A stretch of DNA of 24,288 bases. Source: an uncultured delta proteobacterium. Its GTDB lineage: Bacteria; Desulfobacterota; RBG-13-43-22. Below are positions 8,812-18,479 of this stretch, in pieces. Position 1 is the stretch's first letter, and each line of letters begins with the position of its first letter. Under the pieces are notes generated by a model, which was not told the origin of the DNA, ran no database searches, and saw only the letters and a list, made by a program, of their open reading frames with translations. The DNA is taken from positions 1-24,288 of the forward strand of contig CAWDKY010000011.1 of the NCBI GenBank assembly GCA_963802945.1, given 5' to 3'. Position numbers and translations under genes: made by a program.

Positions 8812-8839
8812 ATTTCCTTCCACGGTTTTTTCCATTTTT

Positions 8840-9265
8840 TTAACTCACCAACACAGGCTGTTGAGCCTCATGAGGATGAGCGGTCCCTACATAAACTTTT
8901 AATTTTTTATTTAGTTTTCGTCCCAGACTGTTTTTCGGCAGCATACCCTTAACGGCCTGACGAAGCAATTCTTCAGGCCTTTTCTCTTTTAATTTTTTGG
9001 CGGTAATGGATTTCAGGCCGCCGATATATCCACTATGGCGGATGTACAGCTTCTGATCCAATTTTCTCCCGGTTAAAAGAACTTTTTCGGCATTAACCAC
9101 CACCACAAAGTCTCCCGTATCTTCGTAAGGGACAAATCGGGGATTGTTTTTCCCTCTTAACCGCATAGCGACCTCAGAAGCCAGTCGTCCCAAGACTTTT
9201 CCCTCGGCATCAATAAGACACCAGTTTCGATGAATTTCATCCTTCTTTGGAATGTAGCTTTTCAT
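8840..9265 (-). CDS. rplM: 50S ribosomal protein uL13
   Basis: [48 protein letters not shown]. Confidence 0.98.
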   Translation of the reverse strand: MKSYIPKKDEIHRNWCLIDAEGKVLGRLASEVAMRLRGKNNPRFVPYEDTGDFVVVVNAEKVLLTGRKLDQKLYIRHSGYIGGLKSITAKKLKEKRPEELLRQAVKGMLPKNSLGRKLNKKLKVYVGTAHPHEAQQPVLVS

Positions 9266-9295
9266 GGTTCGTTCACTCCATACTTTAAATGTTTT

Positions 9296-9324
9296 ATTAT
9301 AGCTCGAATCCTTTTTTTTGTCAA
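9296..9324 (-). promoter_or_regulatory. Consensus sigma70 promoter of rplM-rpsI
   Basis: Minus strand TTGACA-N17-TATAAT, a perfect consensus. Confidence 0.9.
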
Positions 9325-9344
9325 CAAAAAATTATTCGAGCCTC

Positions 9345-9373
9345 TTGAAAAAATTTAGAAAATGGAATATATT
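9345..9373 (+). promoter_or_regulatory. sigma70 promoter of rnc-era
   Basis: TTGAAA-N17-TATATT, divergent from the rplM promoter. Confidence 0.7.
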
Positions 9374-9401
9374 TTTATTACCTTTTGGGAGACTTTTCCT
9401 T

Positions 9402-10116
9402 TTGAAAGAAATTCAAATCAAAGATCTTGAATCGCTTCAAGTTCATTTGGCTTACTTTTTCAATGATATCTCATTGTTGAGGCAAGCAATGACCCATCGC
9501 TCCTTCGTCAATGAACACCCAGAATCGGTTTGGAACCATAACGAACGGTTGGAATTTCTCGGCGATGCCGTCTTGAATTTAGCCCTCAGTGATATGCTGT
9601 TAAAAATATATCCTGATCTCCCGGAAGGCCGTCTTTCCAAAATCCGAGCCGGTCAAGTCAATGAGAAAAAATTGGCAACCTTGTCCCTAAAATTAGGTTT
9701 GGGGGATTATTTGTTAATCGGGAAAGGAGAGGAACGGACCGGAGGCCGTGAAAAGTCTTCTCTCCTGGCCGATACCTTTGAAGCCGTTCTGGGGGCTATT
9801 TATTTAGATGGAGGGTTTGACTCGGCCTTGATCTTTATTGACCGCCTCTTTCGATCTCAATTTTCAGTTGAGGCTGACCTTTCCATCCAGGATTATAAGA
9901 CCCTCCTTCAGGAGTATTGCCAGGGAAAAATGAAAACCGTACCGATTTATAGGGTCTTTCGGGAAGAAGGTCCGGATCATAAAAAGATCTTCTTCGTGGA
10001 AGTGACCGTAGCAGGGGCAGATTATTTCCACTGGAAAAGGTGGGACCAAGAAAGAGGCCCAGCAAAAGGCGGCCGAAAAAGCCCTTGTCCAATTAGAGCA
10101 GAAATCTCCAAGGTGA
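9402..10116 (+). CDS. rnc: Ribonuclease III (one apparent +1 frameshift at ~10015)
   Basis: HNERLEFLGDAVL, ADTFEAVLGAIYLDGG, DYKTLLQE. Removing one G from GGGG restores the dsRBD end GQIISTGKGGTKKEAQQKAAEKAL...SPR*. TTG start after GGGAG. Confidence 0.95.
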
Positions 10117-10218
10117 AAGTTACCGCGTTGTTTCCATGTTTTTAAGACTTAACTTTGCCCTTTGGCGATCGTTAGATCATTAAAAAAATGAAGATCCCCT
10201 ATGAATATATGAATATCC

Positions 10219-11115
10219 ATGCCCTTTAAATCAGGATTTGTAGCCTTAATCGGAGCCCCTAATGTAGGGAAATCGACCCTGCTCAACGCCCTGTTGGGCC
10301 AAAAAATCTCCATCGTTTCCTCCCGTCCCCAAACCACTCGAAACCGGATCCTGGGGATCAAGCACGTCCAGGGAGGACAGTTTATTTTTCTGGACACCCC
10401 GGGTATTTTGGAACCCAAAGGGCTTTTGAAAAAGTCCATGGTTCAAATTTCGTTAAGAACTCTAAACGAGGTCAATCTGATCGTCCTGATGATTGAACCT
10501 TTTTCTGTCCGCCTCGCTATTTCATCAGAACTCCGAATTCGGTTGGTCAAAACCAATAGACCCGTTTTCCTGGTCATCAATAAAACCGATTTAATCGACA
10601 AAAAGAAACTTCTTCCCCTTATCGAACAAGCGTCCCAGATACACCCCTTTCAGGAAATCATTCCCCTATCGGCCTTGACCGGTGAGGGACTAGACACCTT
10701 GGAACAATGTATCCTGCATTCCCTTCCGGAAGGTCCTCCCTACTTTCCTGAGGATATGGTGACCGACCTTTCTGAACGGTTTCTGGTTGAGGAGATGATC
10801 AGGGAAAAAGTTTTTCGCTTAACCTCCCAGGAAGTCCCTTACGGTGTGGCCGTGACCGTGGAAACATTCAAAGCCAGAGAGGACAAACCGATTATTCATA
10901 TTCAGGCCACGATTTACGTAGAACGCGATTCGCAGAAGGGGATCCTGATCGGCAAACAGGGAAAGATGTTGAAAACCATTGGGGAGCAGGCCAGGAAAGA
11001 TATGGAGCGCCTCTTAGGAAACCAAGTCTTCCTGGAGTTATGGGTTCGGGTAGAAAAGGACTGGAGCAAAAATCCAAAGTTTTTAAGAAAATTTGGGATT
11101 GAACAACCCTTTTGA
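10219..11115 (+). CDS. era: GTPase Era
   Basis: GAPNVGKST, PQTTR, DTPG, NKTD, and KH domain SQKGILIGKQG. Confidence 0.98.
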   Translation: MPFKSGFVALIGAPNVGKSTLLNALLGQKISIVSSRPQTTRNRILGIKHVQGGQFIFLDTPGILEPKGLLKKSMVQISLRTLNEVNLIVLMIEPFSVRLAISSELRIRLVKTNRPVFLVINKTDLIDKKKLLPLIEQASQIHPFQEIIPLSALTGEGLDTLEQCILHSLPEGPPYFPEDMVTDLSERFLVEEMIREKVFRLTSQEVPYGVAVTVETFKAREDKPIIHIQATIYVERDSQKGILIGKQGKMLKTIGEQARKDMERLLGNQVFLELWVRVEKDWSKNPKFLRKFGIEQPF

Positions 11116-11141
11116 TTGCGGGTTTCGGATCTGGGACTGCG
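11114..11141 (+). repeat. Degenerate 7-mer tandem array
   Basis: GATTGCG GGTTTCG GATCTGG GACTGCG, starting in the era stop codon. Confidence 0.65.
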
Positions 11142-11271
11142 GGATCCTGAGTCAAGAAGGAGAACAAAATTTAAAACTGTCGTGTGGTAAGTCCGGGGAT
11201 GAAGATTTCGGACCGGTCCTTGGTAATGGACGTTCTGCAAGGAGAAGTTAAATCAGAAGGATAAAACGGCT

Positions 11272-11349
11272 TAAAGCCGGTAATCGCTCTTACCTGGCTT
11301 TATTTGACAAATACCGGGAGGCGGGGATTTATTAAGAATCACCGCCTCC
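11272..11349. terminator. Two hairpins between convergent era and amidohydrolase genes
   Basis: TAAAGCCGGTAA...TTACCTGGCTTTA and GGAGGCGGGGATT...AATCACCGCCTCC. Confidence 0.55.
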
Positions 11350-11387
11350 TGATCCGGCGTTCCACACCTTACAAATTTATCAATGCT

Positions 11388-12236
11388 CTACAACTTGAAA
11401 ATTCGTTTAGCATTCCCGTAAAGTATTTTTCCCAATGAATCATCCCTCAAACCCATTTCGGCTATTTGTTCATTATAGCGCAGCCAGGATAGACCGTTTG
11501 AGCCAAAAAGGCATTTTTCGGCCCCGGTTCTCGATTTCATGAAGTTGATTAGGGAGGGGTGGAAGTAGCGGGGCAGCCAGGCACTGAAACTGAGATAAAT
11601 ATTGTGCCATTTGGTGGCGCAGGAAATCATTTCATCCACCCAGGGAAATCCTGTATGGGTTCCGATCAAAACGAGGTCCGGGAAATCAGTGGCGATCCGG
11701 TCAAGGTACATGGGACGACCGTGTTCGCTAGGCATGGCTTCCAAAACGTGTCCGGTCTGCATGGAGACAGGAAGCCCCAATTCTTCGCACTTGGCATAAA
11801 GGGGGTACATTTTGCGGTGATCCAAGGGAATATCGTACCCGTAAATGTGGATATAAACCCCTTTATACTGGCGCTCTTTGACATCCGCTTCAAGCTTCAC
11901 CAGGCTCTCCCTGATCCTGAAAGGGTCATAATCCGCTAAACCGAACAGCCTGCCGGGGTAGGCGGTGGTCATCTCATCGATGATCCCGGTCATATCGATG
12001 GCAAACCGTGTCTGCCGGCGGTAAGACCAGGCCAGGAGATCGGTGGCCAGCACAGTTTCTACGCCGGCTTCATCCATGGCTTTGATGATGTCCACAGGCT
12101 TGGGGTAACCCTCTCCCCAGCCCGCCTCGACTGCGCATTTCAACTCCCCCGGGGAATTGGTGGCATTTGCCCAGCTTTGTTTCCATTCCCGCAAAAGCAA
12201 CGGGAATAGGGTATCGATTTTTTTAATTTCTGCCAT
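11388..12236 (-). CDS. Amidohydrolase_2 family protein (TIM-barrel)
   Basis: MDEAGVE, YPLYAKCEELGLPV, LDRIATDFPDL..GTHTGFPW, LFGSN, KILYGNAKRIFKL; GGAGG RBS. Confidence 0.88.
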   Translation of the reverse strand: MAEIKKIDTLFPLLLREWKQSWANATNSPGELKCAVEAGWGEGYPKPVDIIKAMDEAGVETVLATDLLAWSYRRQTRFAIDMTGIIDEMTTAYPGRLFGLADYDPFRIRESLVKLEADVKERQYKGVYIHIYGYDIPLDHRKMYPLYAKCEELGLPVSMQTGHVLEAMPSEHGRPMYLDRIATDFPDLVLIGTHTGFPWVDEMISCATKWHNIYLSFSAWLPRYFHPSLINFMKSRTGAEKCLFGSNGLSWLRYNEQIAEMGLRDDSLGKILYGNAKRIFKL

Positions 12237-12504
12237 TGGTGTGCCTCCGTTTCGTTAATAATTAATAGTTTTTATTTCTATTTTTCCTCCGTGAATAGGC
12301 TACTAAAAAAAGCCCCAGTCCATTAAAAGCAACAGGTTTTTTTGAAAGTCCAGACCGGTTATGGCCATCATAAAAAAAACAGGATTCGACTCCCCCCCCT
12401 CAAGACGGGATTAAATCCTTGAACCCTTTTTCATCATTCGCAGTACCCCGACGGAAACGAGGCCTTGGTGCTTAATAATGGTTTATTGCCGGTTGTGTCG
12501 TTCG

Positions 12505-13614
12505 TCAAAAATCCGGTGTCAGGACGATTCGTTTCGCCGGAGAACCGGCCTGGTGGACCTCTTCAAAAGTTTCCCGAATAGTGCTCATTGGTCTGGATTC
12601 CACAAAAGGTCCAATATCGATTTTTTTAGTAAGGATCATATCCAATACGACTGGATAATATTCGGGCAGGCAGCCCCAGGTACCGATAATTTCCGCATCA
12701 AAGGCCATCAAACGGCCTATCATATACTCCGTCTTTGCCATACCATAACCGACAACGATCAATTTTCCGGTAAAACTTAATAAGGCTAAGGCCATTTCCT
12801 GCCCGGCTTTGACCCCCGTGACCTCAAAGATCTTCCAACCGAAATTAGGTAGTCCGTTGGTCTTACAGAGATCTCGATATTCCTTGGAAACCGCCGAAGC
12901 GTCTTTATCTTTGGCATTAAGGACGAAGTCGGCCCCATATTTTAAGGCCCTTTTTATCTTTTCTTCATTTCGACCGATACCGATTATCGTTTTGGCCCCG
13001 AAGGCTTTGGCCATCTGTCCCATATATTGACCGACACCGCCGGTAATACCTATAACAATAACATTATCTCCTGGTTGTATCCCGGCCCTTTTGGCCGCCT
13101 GATAGGGAGTGGTCCCGGCATCGGCCACCACTGCCAGTTGGGCTAAAGAAAAATTTCTACGATTCTTAACTTCGCAAAGGTCGATACTCGGCACAGGTAT
13201 ATGACTTGAAAATCCGCCATAGATGCCGAGGCTGTTGCCGGGCATCTTTTGATCCAGACATCGGTTCCCCCTGCCGGTCTTGCAAAGGATACACTGCCGG
13301 CAAGGCATGACCGCCGGGACGATAACTTCCTTTCCGACCCAGGACGAATCCCCATCCACCACGGTCCCGGATATTTCATGACCCAGAGTCAAAGGAGGCT
13401 TGGAAACTGTCGGCACCCCATCATAGAAATATCCTAAATCCGTATGACAAACCCCGCAGCCGGCCACTTCTATCAAGACTTCACCTGGTTTTAATTCAGG
13501 AAGCGGTATGGCAGTTTTTTCAATTTTACCAGGAATGATCTCACCTGTTTCTTTATTTTTGGAAAAGGGTTGTATCATCTGCCAGGTCTTAATTTCTTTA
13601 GGTATCTGGACCAT
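12505..13614 (-). CDS. had: 6-hydroxycyclohex-1-ene-1-carbonyl-CoA dehydrogenase (Zn-dependent; Had/BamQ)
   Basis: CGVCHTDLGYFYDGVPT, LGHEISG, structural Zn CxxCxxC-x7-C, MPGNSLGIYGGFSSHI, RLMAFDAEIIGTWGC. These match Had of the benzoyl-CoA pathway; AGGAGG RBS. Confidence 0.88.
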   Translation of the reverse strand: MVQIPKEIKTWQMIQPFSKNKETGEIIPGKIEKTAIPLPELKPGEVLIEVAGCGVCHTDLGYFYDGVPTVSKPPLTLGHEISGTVVDGDSSWVGKEVIVPAVMPCRQCILCKTGRGNRCLDQKMPGNSLGIYGGFSSHIPVPSIDLCEVKNRRNFSLAQLAVVADAGTTPYQAAKRAGIQPGDNVIVIGITGGVGQYMGQMAKAFGAKTIIGIGRNEEKIKRALKYGADFVLNAKDKDASAVSKEYRDLCKTNGLPNFGWKIFEVTGVKAGQEMALALLSFTGKLIVVGYGMAKTEYMIGRLMAFDAEIIGTWGCLPEYYPVVLDMILTKKIDIGPFVESRPMSTIRETFEEVHQAGSPAKRIVLTPDF

Positions 13615-13734
13615 ATTAACTCCCTCCTTTTTTTCTTATGACTTTCAACCTACTTGAGGTTTGTGTCTTTCAAAAAAACACTCTAATAAGATCCTTTCCA
13701 TCGGATTACAAATCTAAATTAACTATTTTATAGC

Positions 13735-13776
13735 TATAATATAATTATATTATAAAAAGGCCTGTTTTCTTGTCAA
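13735..13776 (-). promoter_or_regulatory. had promoter with overlapping 20-bp palindrome
   Basis: Minus strand TTGACA (13771-13776)-N16-TATAAT (13749-13754). Perfect palindrome TATAATATAATTATATTATA at 13735-13754. Confidence 0.7.
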
Positions 13777-13822
13777 GAAAAAAGTATTGTTTTCCGCTCT
13801 TCAGGTTTGTTAAAATAAAGCT

Positions 13823-14632
13823 ATGAATGGTCGGCCTTTTTTTCTTATTTTATTCATTTTTTTGCTTTTTGTAGTTAATGGGTGCTCCAAAACAATTATC
13901 ATGGCCCCTGTCCCCAGCCCGGCAATACAACCCCCGACGCCGGACAAGAGAACGCCTTCGGTTGTTTCTAAAAAAACAGATCGTAAAGAAAGGCCCTATA
14001 CCGTTAATGGAACGTGGTATAGCCCGGTTGCTTCTGTAAACGAGTTCAAGGAAAAAGGGATCTGCTCCTGGTATGGCCCTGATTTTCACGGAAAGCCGAC
14101 TTCCTCCGGAGAACTTTATGACATGTTCGACTTTACCGCTGCTCATCGAATACTGCCTTTTAACACCCAAGTTCGCGTTAGGAACCTATCCAACAAGAAG
14201 GAGATCGTAGTAAGAATTAATGATCGCGGTCCTTTTTTAAAAGATCGCATCTTGGACCTTTCCTATAGCGGGGCTAAGGAATTAGGCGTCATAGGTCCGG
14301 GAACGGCCTTAATCGAATTGGAGGCCTTGGGGATTCTGGAGGATGTTGAAGAGAACGGCAGAAAATTTACCCGCCTGGTCCAGCAGGTTGATTTCCAGCA
14401 AGGAGAATTTTCAGTCCAGATTGGGGCTTTCAAGGATCGTCAAAACGCCTTGAGTCTAAAAGAAAGGCTACAAAAAGAATACCCAACAATAGAAATTTCA
14501 GAAACGATTCGTTCCGGAGAAACTCTTTACCGAGTCAGAGTAACTCAGTATAAAGAGCTTAAGGAAGCCGTTCGTTTACAGCATCAATTAGAGGAAAAAG
14601 GGTTTTCTCAAGCCCTGGTGATGGCCGATTAA
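13823..14632 (+). CDS. rlpA: Septal ring lytic transglycosylase RlpA family lipoprotein (DPBB + SPOR)
   Basis: Lipobox VNGC, SWYGPDFHGKPTSSGE, TAAHRILP, VRINDRGPF, LDLS, and SPOR VQIGAF. Confidence 0.93.
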   Translation: MNGRPFFLILFIFLLFVVNGCSKTIIMAPVPSPAIQPPTPDKRTPSVVSKKTDRKERPYTVNGTWYSPVASVNEFKEKGICSWYGPDFHGKPTSSGELYDMFDFTAAHRILPFNTQVRVRNLSNKKEIVVRINDRGPFLKDRILDLSYSGAKELGVIGPGTALIELEALGILEDVEENGRKFTRLVQQVDFQQGEFSVQIGAFKDRQNALSLKERLQKEYPTIEISETIRSGETLYRVRVTQYKELKEAVRLQHQLEEKGFSQALVMAD

Positions 14633-14684
14633 CCAGGGAATTGGTCTTAATTTCCGTTGAAAAAAAAGCAGCCTTGCCCTTCGT

Positions 14685-14975
14685 TTATTCCAAACCGGTG
14701 TTGACCCTTTTTCTCAACACGCCCGAGGTCTTAAAGACCACCACCCGCCGGGCTTTCAGTTGCAGATCTTTGTTGGTCTGAGGGTTCCGCCCTCGCCTGG
14801 CCCGCTTTCTTTTGACGACAAACTTTCCAAACCCGCTGATAAGAATATTTTCTTCACTGGCCAGGGCTTTTTTCATGATTTCCAATAATTGTTCCACTAC
14901 CTCTCTGGATTGACTTTTGCTGAATCCGATTCTCTCATAGATGGTGGCAATAATTTTTTCTTTGGTCAGTGCCAT
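14685..14975 (-). CDS. ihfA: Integration host factor subunit alpha
   Basis: MALTKEKII, ISGFGKF, RRGRNPQT, ARRVVVFK. Confidence 0.88.
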   Translation of the reverse strand: MALTKEKIIATIYERIGFSKSQSREVVEQLLEIMKKALASEENILISGFGKFVVKRKRARRGRNPQTNKDLQLKARRVVVFKTSGVLRKRVNTGLE

Positions 14976-15111
14976 TCTCTCTCTCCTTTCCTCAATCAAG
15001 ACCTCATTCGTTTAGATTTCTTTTTCCGAGAAAATTTTCAGTTAGAGACAATTATAACATAACCTATCTAATTTAAAATGGAATTTAATATGCTCCAAGG
15101 AAATGACCTTG

Positions 15112-16998
15112 TCAAGTATTTTTGTTTATTTTTTTTATATGAATCTGCAGGATGGAAATAGCCGCCGGTGTCACCCCGGAAATCCGGGAGGCCTGACCTA
15201 AAGATCCTGGACGAATAGAATTAAGCTTTTCTTTGATTTCGTTGGATAGGCCGGAAAGACATTGATACTCCAGCTGTTCGGGAATCAAAGTTTGTTCATT
15301 TTTTTCAAAGCGTTTGACTTGTTCTGCTTGTCTTTCTAAATAGCCTTCATACTTGGCCTGGATGGCCAGTTGTTCGGCAACATTAGGTTTGATATGGGCC
15401 AATTCCGGGCACAAGGGGAAAAGTTCCTTCCATCCCAGCTCCGGCCGTCGCAAAAGTTCCTTTAAGGACGTTCTTTTTCGTAGAGGTTGACTGCCCAGGG
15501 TTTTCAACACCTGATTATGTTCGATGTTCGGAGAGAACTGGATATGGTTCAACCAGCCCCAACCCTTTTGTACCTCTTGTTTTTTTTGAGAAAAAATTCG
15601 ATATCGATCATCGTCCACCAAACCCACTTCCCTGCCCAGATCGGTCAAGCGCAGATCGGCATTATCCTCTCTCAACAACAACCGAAATTCGGCCCTGGAG
15701 GTGAACATGCGGTAAGGTTCTTTGGTTCCTTTTGTTATCAGGTCGTCAATCAAAACTCCAATATAGGCCTGAGAACGAGTCAGGATTAGGGGCTTACGTT
15801 CTTGAATTTTTAAGGCGGCATTAATCCCGGCCATCAAGCCCTGAGCTGCGGCTTCCTCATAACCGGAGGTGCCATTGATCTGCCCGGCCAGATAAAGCCC
15901 GGCCACTGCCTTGACTTCCAGGAAAGGATTCAATTGCTGGGGATCGACAAAATCATATTCGATCGCATAACCAGGCCGAACCATTTCTGCCGCTTCCAGA
16001 CCGGGAATGGACCGGAGCATGGCCATTTGAACATCCACCGGCAAACTGGTTGAAATCCCATTGGGATAATATTCGGTGGTCTTTCGGCCTTCAGGTTCTA
16101 AAAAAATATGATGTCTTATTTTATCAGGAAAACGGACAACCTTATCTTCAATAGAAGGGCAATAGCGAACGCCGGTCCCTTTAATACGACCCATGAAAAG
16201 TGGGGAGCGATCGAGGTTGGCCCTGATCAGGTCATGTGTTTCGGGTTGGGTATAGGTTATAAAACAGGGGACTTGAGTTTGCATAATCGCCTCGGTAGTA
16301 AAGGAAAAGGGAATTGGCGGCTCGTCCCCTTCTTGAAGATTCAAGGAATGAAAATCAATGGTTTTTCCTTGTAACCTAGGGGTAGTCCCTGTCTTGAGCC
16401 TCCCCATAACCAACCCTAAGGACCTAAGGGAGTCCGATAGGGCCGTCGAAGCCGGATCCCCCATCCGGCCGGCCGGAAATTGATTTAAACCAATATGAAT
16501 CAGGCCCTGCAGAAAAGTTCCGGTGGTCAGAATGACCGCTTTGGCCGGAAAAATTTGCCCCAAGCTGGTTCGCAGACCTTTCACTTTCCCCTGTTCCAGC
16601 CAGAGCGAATCCACCATGGCCTGTTTAACATCCAATCTCTCCTGATTTTCCACCACCCAGCGAAGGCGTTGCTTGTAGGCGTCCATATCGGCCTGGGCCC
16701 GGGATGACCAAACCGCCGGGCCTTTTTGTGTATTCAGTCTGTGAAATTGGATACCCGTAGCATCAATATTTTTAGCCATTTCGCCGCCCAGGGCATCAAT
16801 TTCTTTGACCAGATGTCCCTTAGCCAATCCTCCTACAGCCGGATTGCAGGACATGGCCCCGATGTGATCGATATTGATGGTCAGGAGAAGGGTGCGGCAG
16901 CCCATACGGGCCGCAGCTAAAGCCGCTTCACACCCGGCATGACCGGCACCGACGACTGCGACATCGTAACTGTCATTTTTTGATTTAAGATTCATCAT
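15112..16998 (-). CDS. mnmG: tRNA uridine-5-carboxymethylaminomethyl(34) synthesis enzyme MnmG (GidA)
   Basis: [65 protein letters not shown]. Confidence 0.98.
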   Translation of the reverse strand: MMNLKSKNDSYDVAVVGAGHAGCEAALAAARMGCRTLLLTINIDHIGAMSCNPAVGGLAKGHLVKEIDALGGEMAKNIDATGIQFHRLNTQKGPAVWSSRAQADMDAYKQRLRWVVENQERLDVKQAMVDSLWLEQGKVKGLRTSLGQIFPAKAVILTTGTFLQGLIHIGLNQFPAGRMGDPASTALSDSLRSLGLVMGRLKTGTTPRLQGKTIDFHSLNLQEGDEPPIPFSFTTEAIMQTQVPCFITYTQPETHDLIRANLDRSPLFMGRIKGTGVRYCPSIEDKVVRFPDKIRHHIFLEPEGRKTTEYYPNGISTSLPVDVQMAMLRSIPGLEAAEMVRPGYAIEYDFVDPQQLNPFLEVKAVAGLYLAGQINGTSGYEEAAAQGLMAGINAALKIQERKPLILTRSQAYIGVLIDDLITKGTKEPYRMFTSRAEFRLLLREDNADLRLTDLGREVGLVDDDRYRIFSQKKQEVQKGWGWLNHIQFSPNIEHNQVLKTLGSQPLRKRTSLKELLRRPELGWKELFPLCPELAHIKPNVAEQLAIQAKYEGYLERQAEQVKRFEKNEQTLIPEQLEYQCLSGLSNEIKEKLNSIRPGSLGQASRISGVTPAAISILQIHIKKINKNT

Positions 16999-17045
16999 GA
17001 GTAAAAAAACTTGGAGGTGCCAGTATTCCCAACAGAAATGAAAGC

Positions 17046-17082
17046 AAAAAGGCCCATAGGTATTCTTCAACCTATAGGCCTT
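17046..17082 (-). terminator. Intrinsic terminator after the lipoprotein gene
   Basis: Minus strand AAGGCCTATAGGT-tgaagaat-ACCTATGGGCCTT running into a T-tract. Confidence 0.85.
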
Positions 17083-17109
17083 CTAAACTTTGAGGGGCTT
17101 TTAAGCTTG

Positions 17110-17409
17110 CTATTTCTTCATCTTTTTCATAAAAACGGCTTCGGCCTTATTGGCGGCCGCCTCGGCCCTATCTGCTGCCAGTGCGGCCCTGTCAGCTGCC
17201 ATTTCAGCTTTCTTCACCGCTGCGTTGAGTTGACTTAAATCACATTCGCACTTTTGCACAACTGGTGCTGGCGCCGGTGGTGGTGCCTGAACAACCGGAG
17301 CTGGAGCAGGGGGTGCTTTGGGAGATTCTGCAGTGGCCGCCGTGAAGCAACACCCTGAACCCAAGGCACCAATGAATAATAAAAGAGATAATAGAATACC
17401 CGTCTTCAT
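17110..17409 (-). CDS. Lpp/OprI-like alanine-zipper lipoprotein with Pro-rich linker
   Basis: Signal peptide with lipobox GSG-C, two APP(P)APAPVVQ repeats, CEC, Ala-zipper AADRAALAADRAEAAANKAE, C-terminal Lys (KKMKK). Confidence 0.8.
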   Translation of the reverse strand: MKTGILLSLLLFIGALGSGCCFTAATAESPKAPPAPAPVVQAPPPAPAPVVQKCECDLSQLNAAVKKAEMAADRAALAADRAEAAANKAEAVFMKKMKK

Positions 17410-17552
17410 CGCCTTTCCTGATCGTATCATTCAATCTCACCTCCTCTCCAAAATCCTTAAGATATATTTACATTCCAACTCATATGCCATTAGGTGCTAT
17501 TTTTTAATTAAGAGTAAAAACACGATTTGTCAAGGAAAAAATCAGAAAAATA

Positions 17553-18479
17553 TCAATCTTGGGTAACATCGACCGGAATACCCTGTTTTTCTTCCAGGGT
17601 TTTCAGTATTAAGTCCTGATTCACCCGTTCGGTCAAGCCTAACGACTTAATTTTTTTTAATCCATATCCGGTCAAGTCAGGTACTTTCTGATAAACATCC
17701 GGATGGACTTCCAGAAAAATCCTTCCTTGTTTCCAACCCACTTTGACCGGTTCATAAATAAGCTCAACCGGTGTTTTGGCCTCCACCATGACAAACAGCT
17801 TTTCAATATCTTCAGGATAAAGACGAATACAGCCATGGGTCACCAACCGGCCTACGGCCCAGGGAAAGTTGGTCCCATGAATCCCGTATCCCGGGATGGA
17901 TAGGCCCAGCCAATAATCCCCCAAAGGATTATCCGGACCGGGAGGCATGACTTTCATCTGATATTTTTCCTGTAGAGACTCAGGAATATGCCAGGCAGGG
18001 TTTTTTCTTTTTTCCGTGATATGGAAAGTCCCTTCAGGACTGAACCAGCCTTGATCCCCGATTCCAATGGGATAAGTTCGGACCAATTTTGCGGATTTTA
18101 AAAAAAAATATAGCCTCATTTCGGCTATATTGATAACAATACCGAAATGTTGGGTTTGTGGCAGGATCCATTGACTGGGAATAATGAGCTTCGTCCCCAC
18201 CTTCGGCACCCAGGGATCGATGTTGGAATATAAATTCTCCATCTCATTAAACCCCAAATCATGATCCCGGGCCACATCCAATAAAGTGTCTTTTTCTTTT
18301 ATGGTATATTCCCCCAAAAGACCGATAACCGTATCGGCCTTGGAATCCAAGGGGAGTTTGGGGTCTGGAAAGCGATAAGGATAGGCCCCGCCAGCCCATA
18401 ATTTTAGGGAAAAAACAAGAGACCCCAATATACATAGGCCAGCCAGAATAAGGAAACTTGGACAATAAATTCTTCTCAT
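17553..18479 (-). CDS. L,D-transpeptidase (ErfK/YbiS/YcfS/YnhG type) with LysM-like domain
   Basis: YTIKEKDTLLDVAR, IVINIAEMRLY, YPIGIG, PPGPDNPLG, catalytic IHGTN...THGCIRL. Confidence 0.93.
   Translation of the reverse strand: MRRIYCPSFLILAGLCILGSLVFSLKLWAGGAYPYRFPDPKLPLDSKADTVIGLLGEYTIKEKDTLLDVARDHDLGFNEMENLYSNIDPWVPKVGTKLIIPSQWILPQTQHFGIVINIAEMRLYFFLKSAKLVRTYPIGIGDQGWFSPEGTFHITEKRKNPAWHIPESLQEKYQMKVMPPGPDNPLGDYWLGLSIPGYGIHGTNFPWAVGRLVTHGCIRLYPEDIEKLFVMVEAKTPVELIYEPVKVGWKQGRIFLEVHPDVYQKVPDLTGYGLKKIKSLGLTERVNQDLILKTLEEKQGIPVDVTQD

Noticed and set aside
17474-17489. sigma54 promoter for the lipoprotein (minus strand TGGCAT-N5-TTGGA)
   Set aside because: The -12 GC is GG, and a TTGACA sigma70 -35 lies at 17528-17533.
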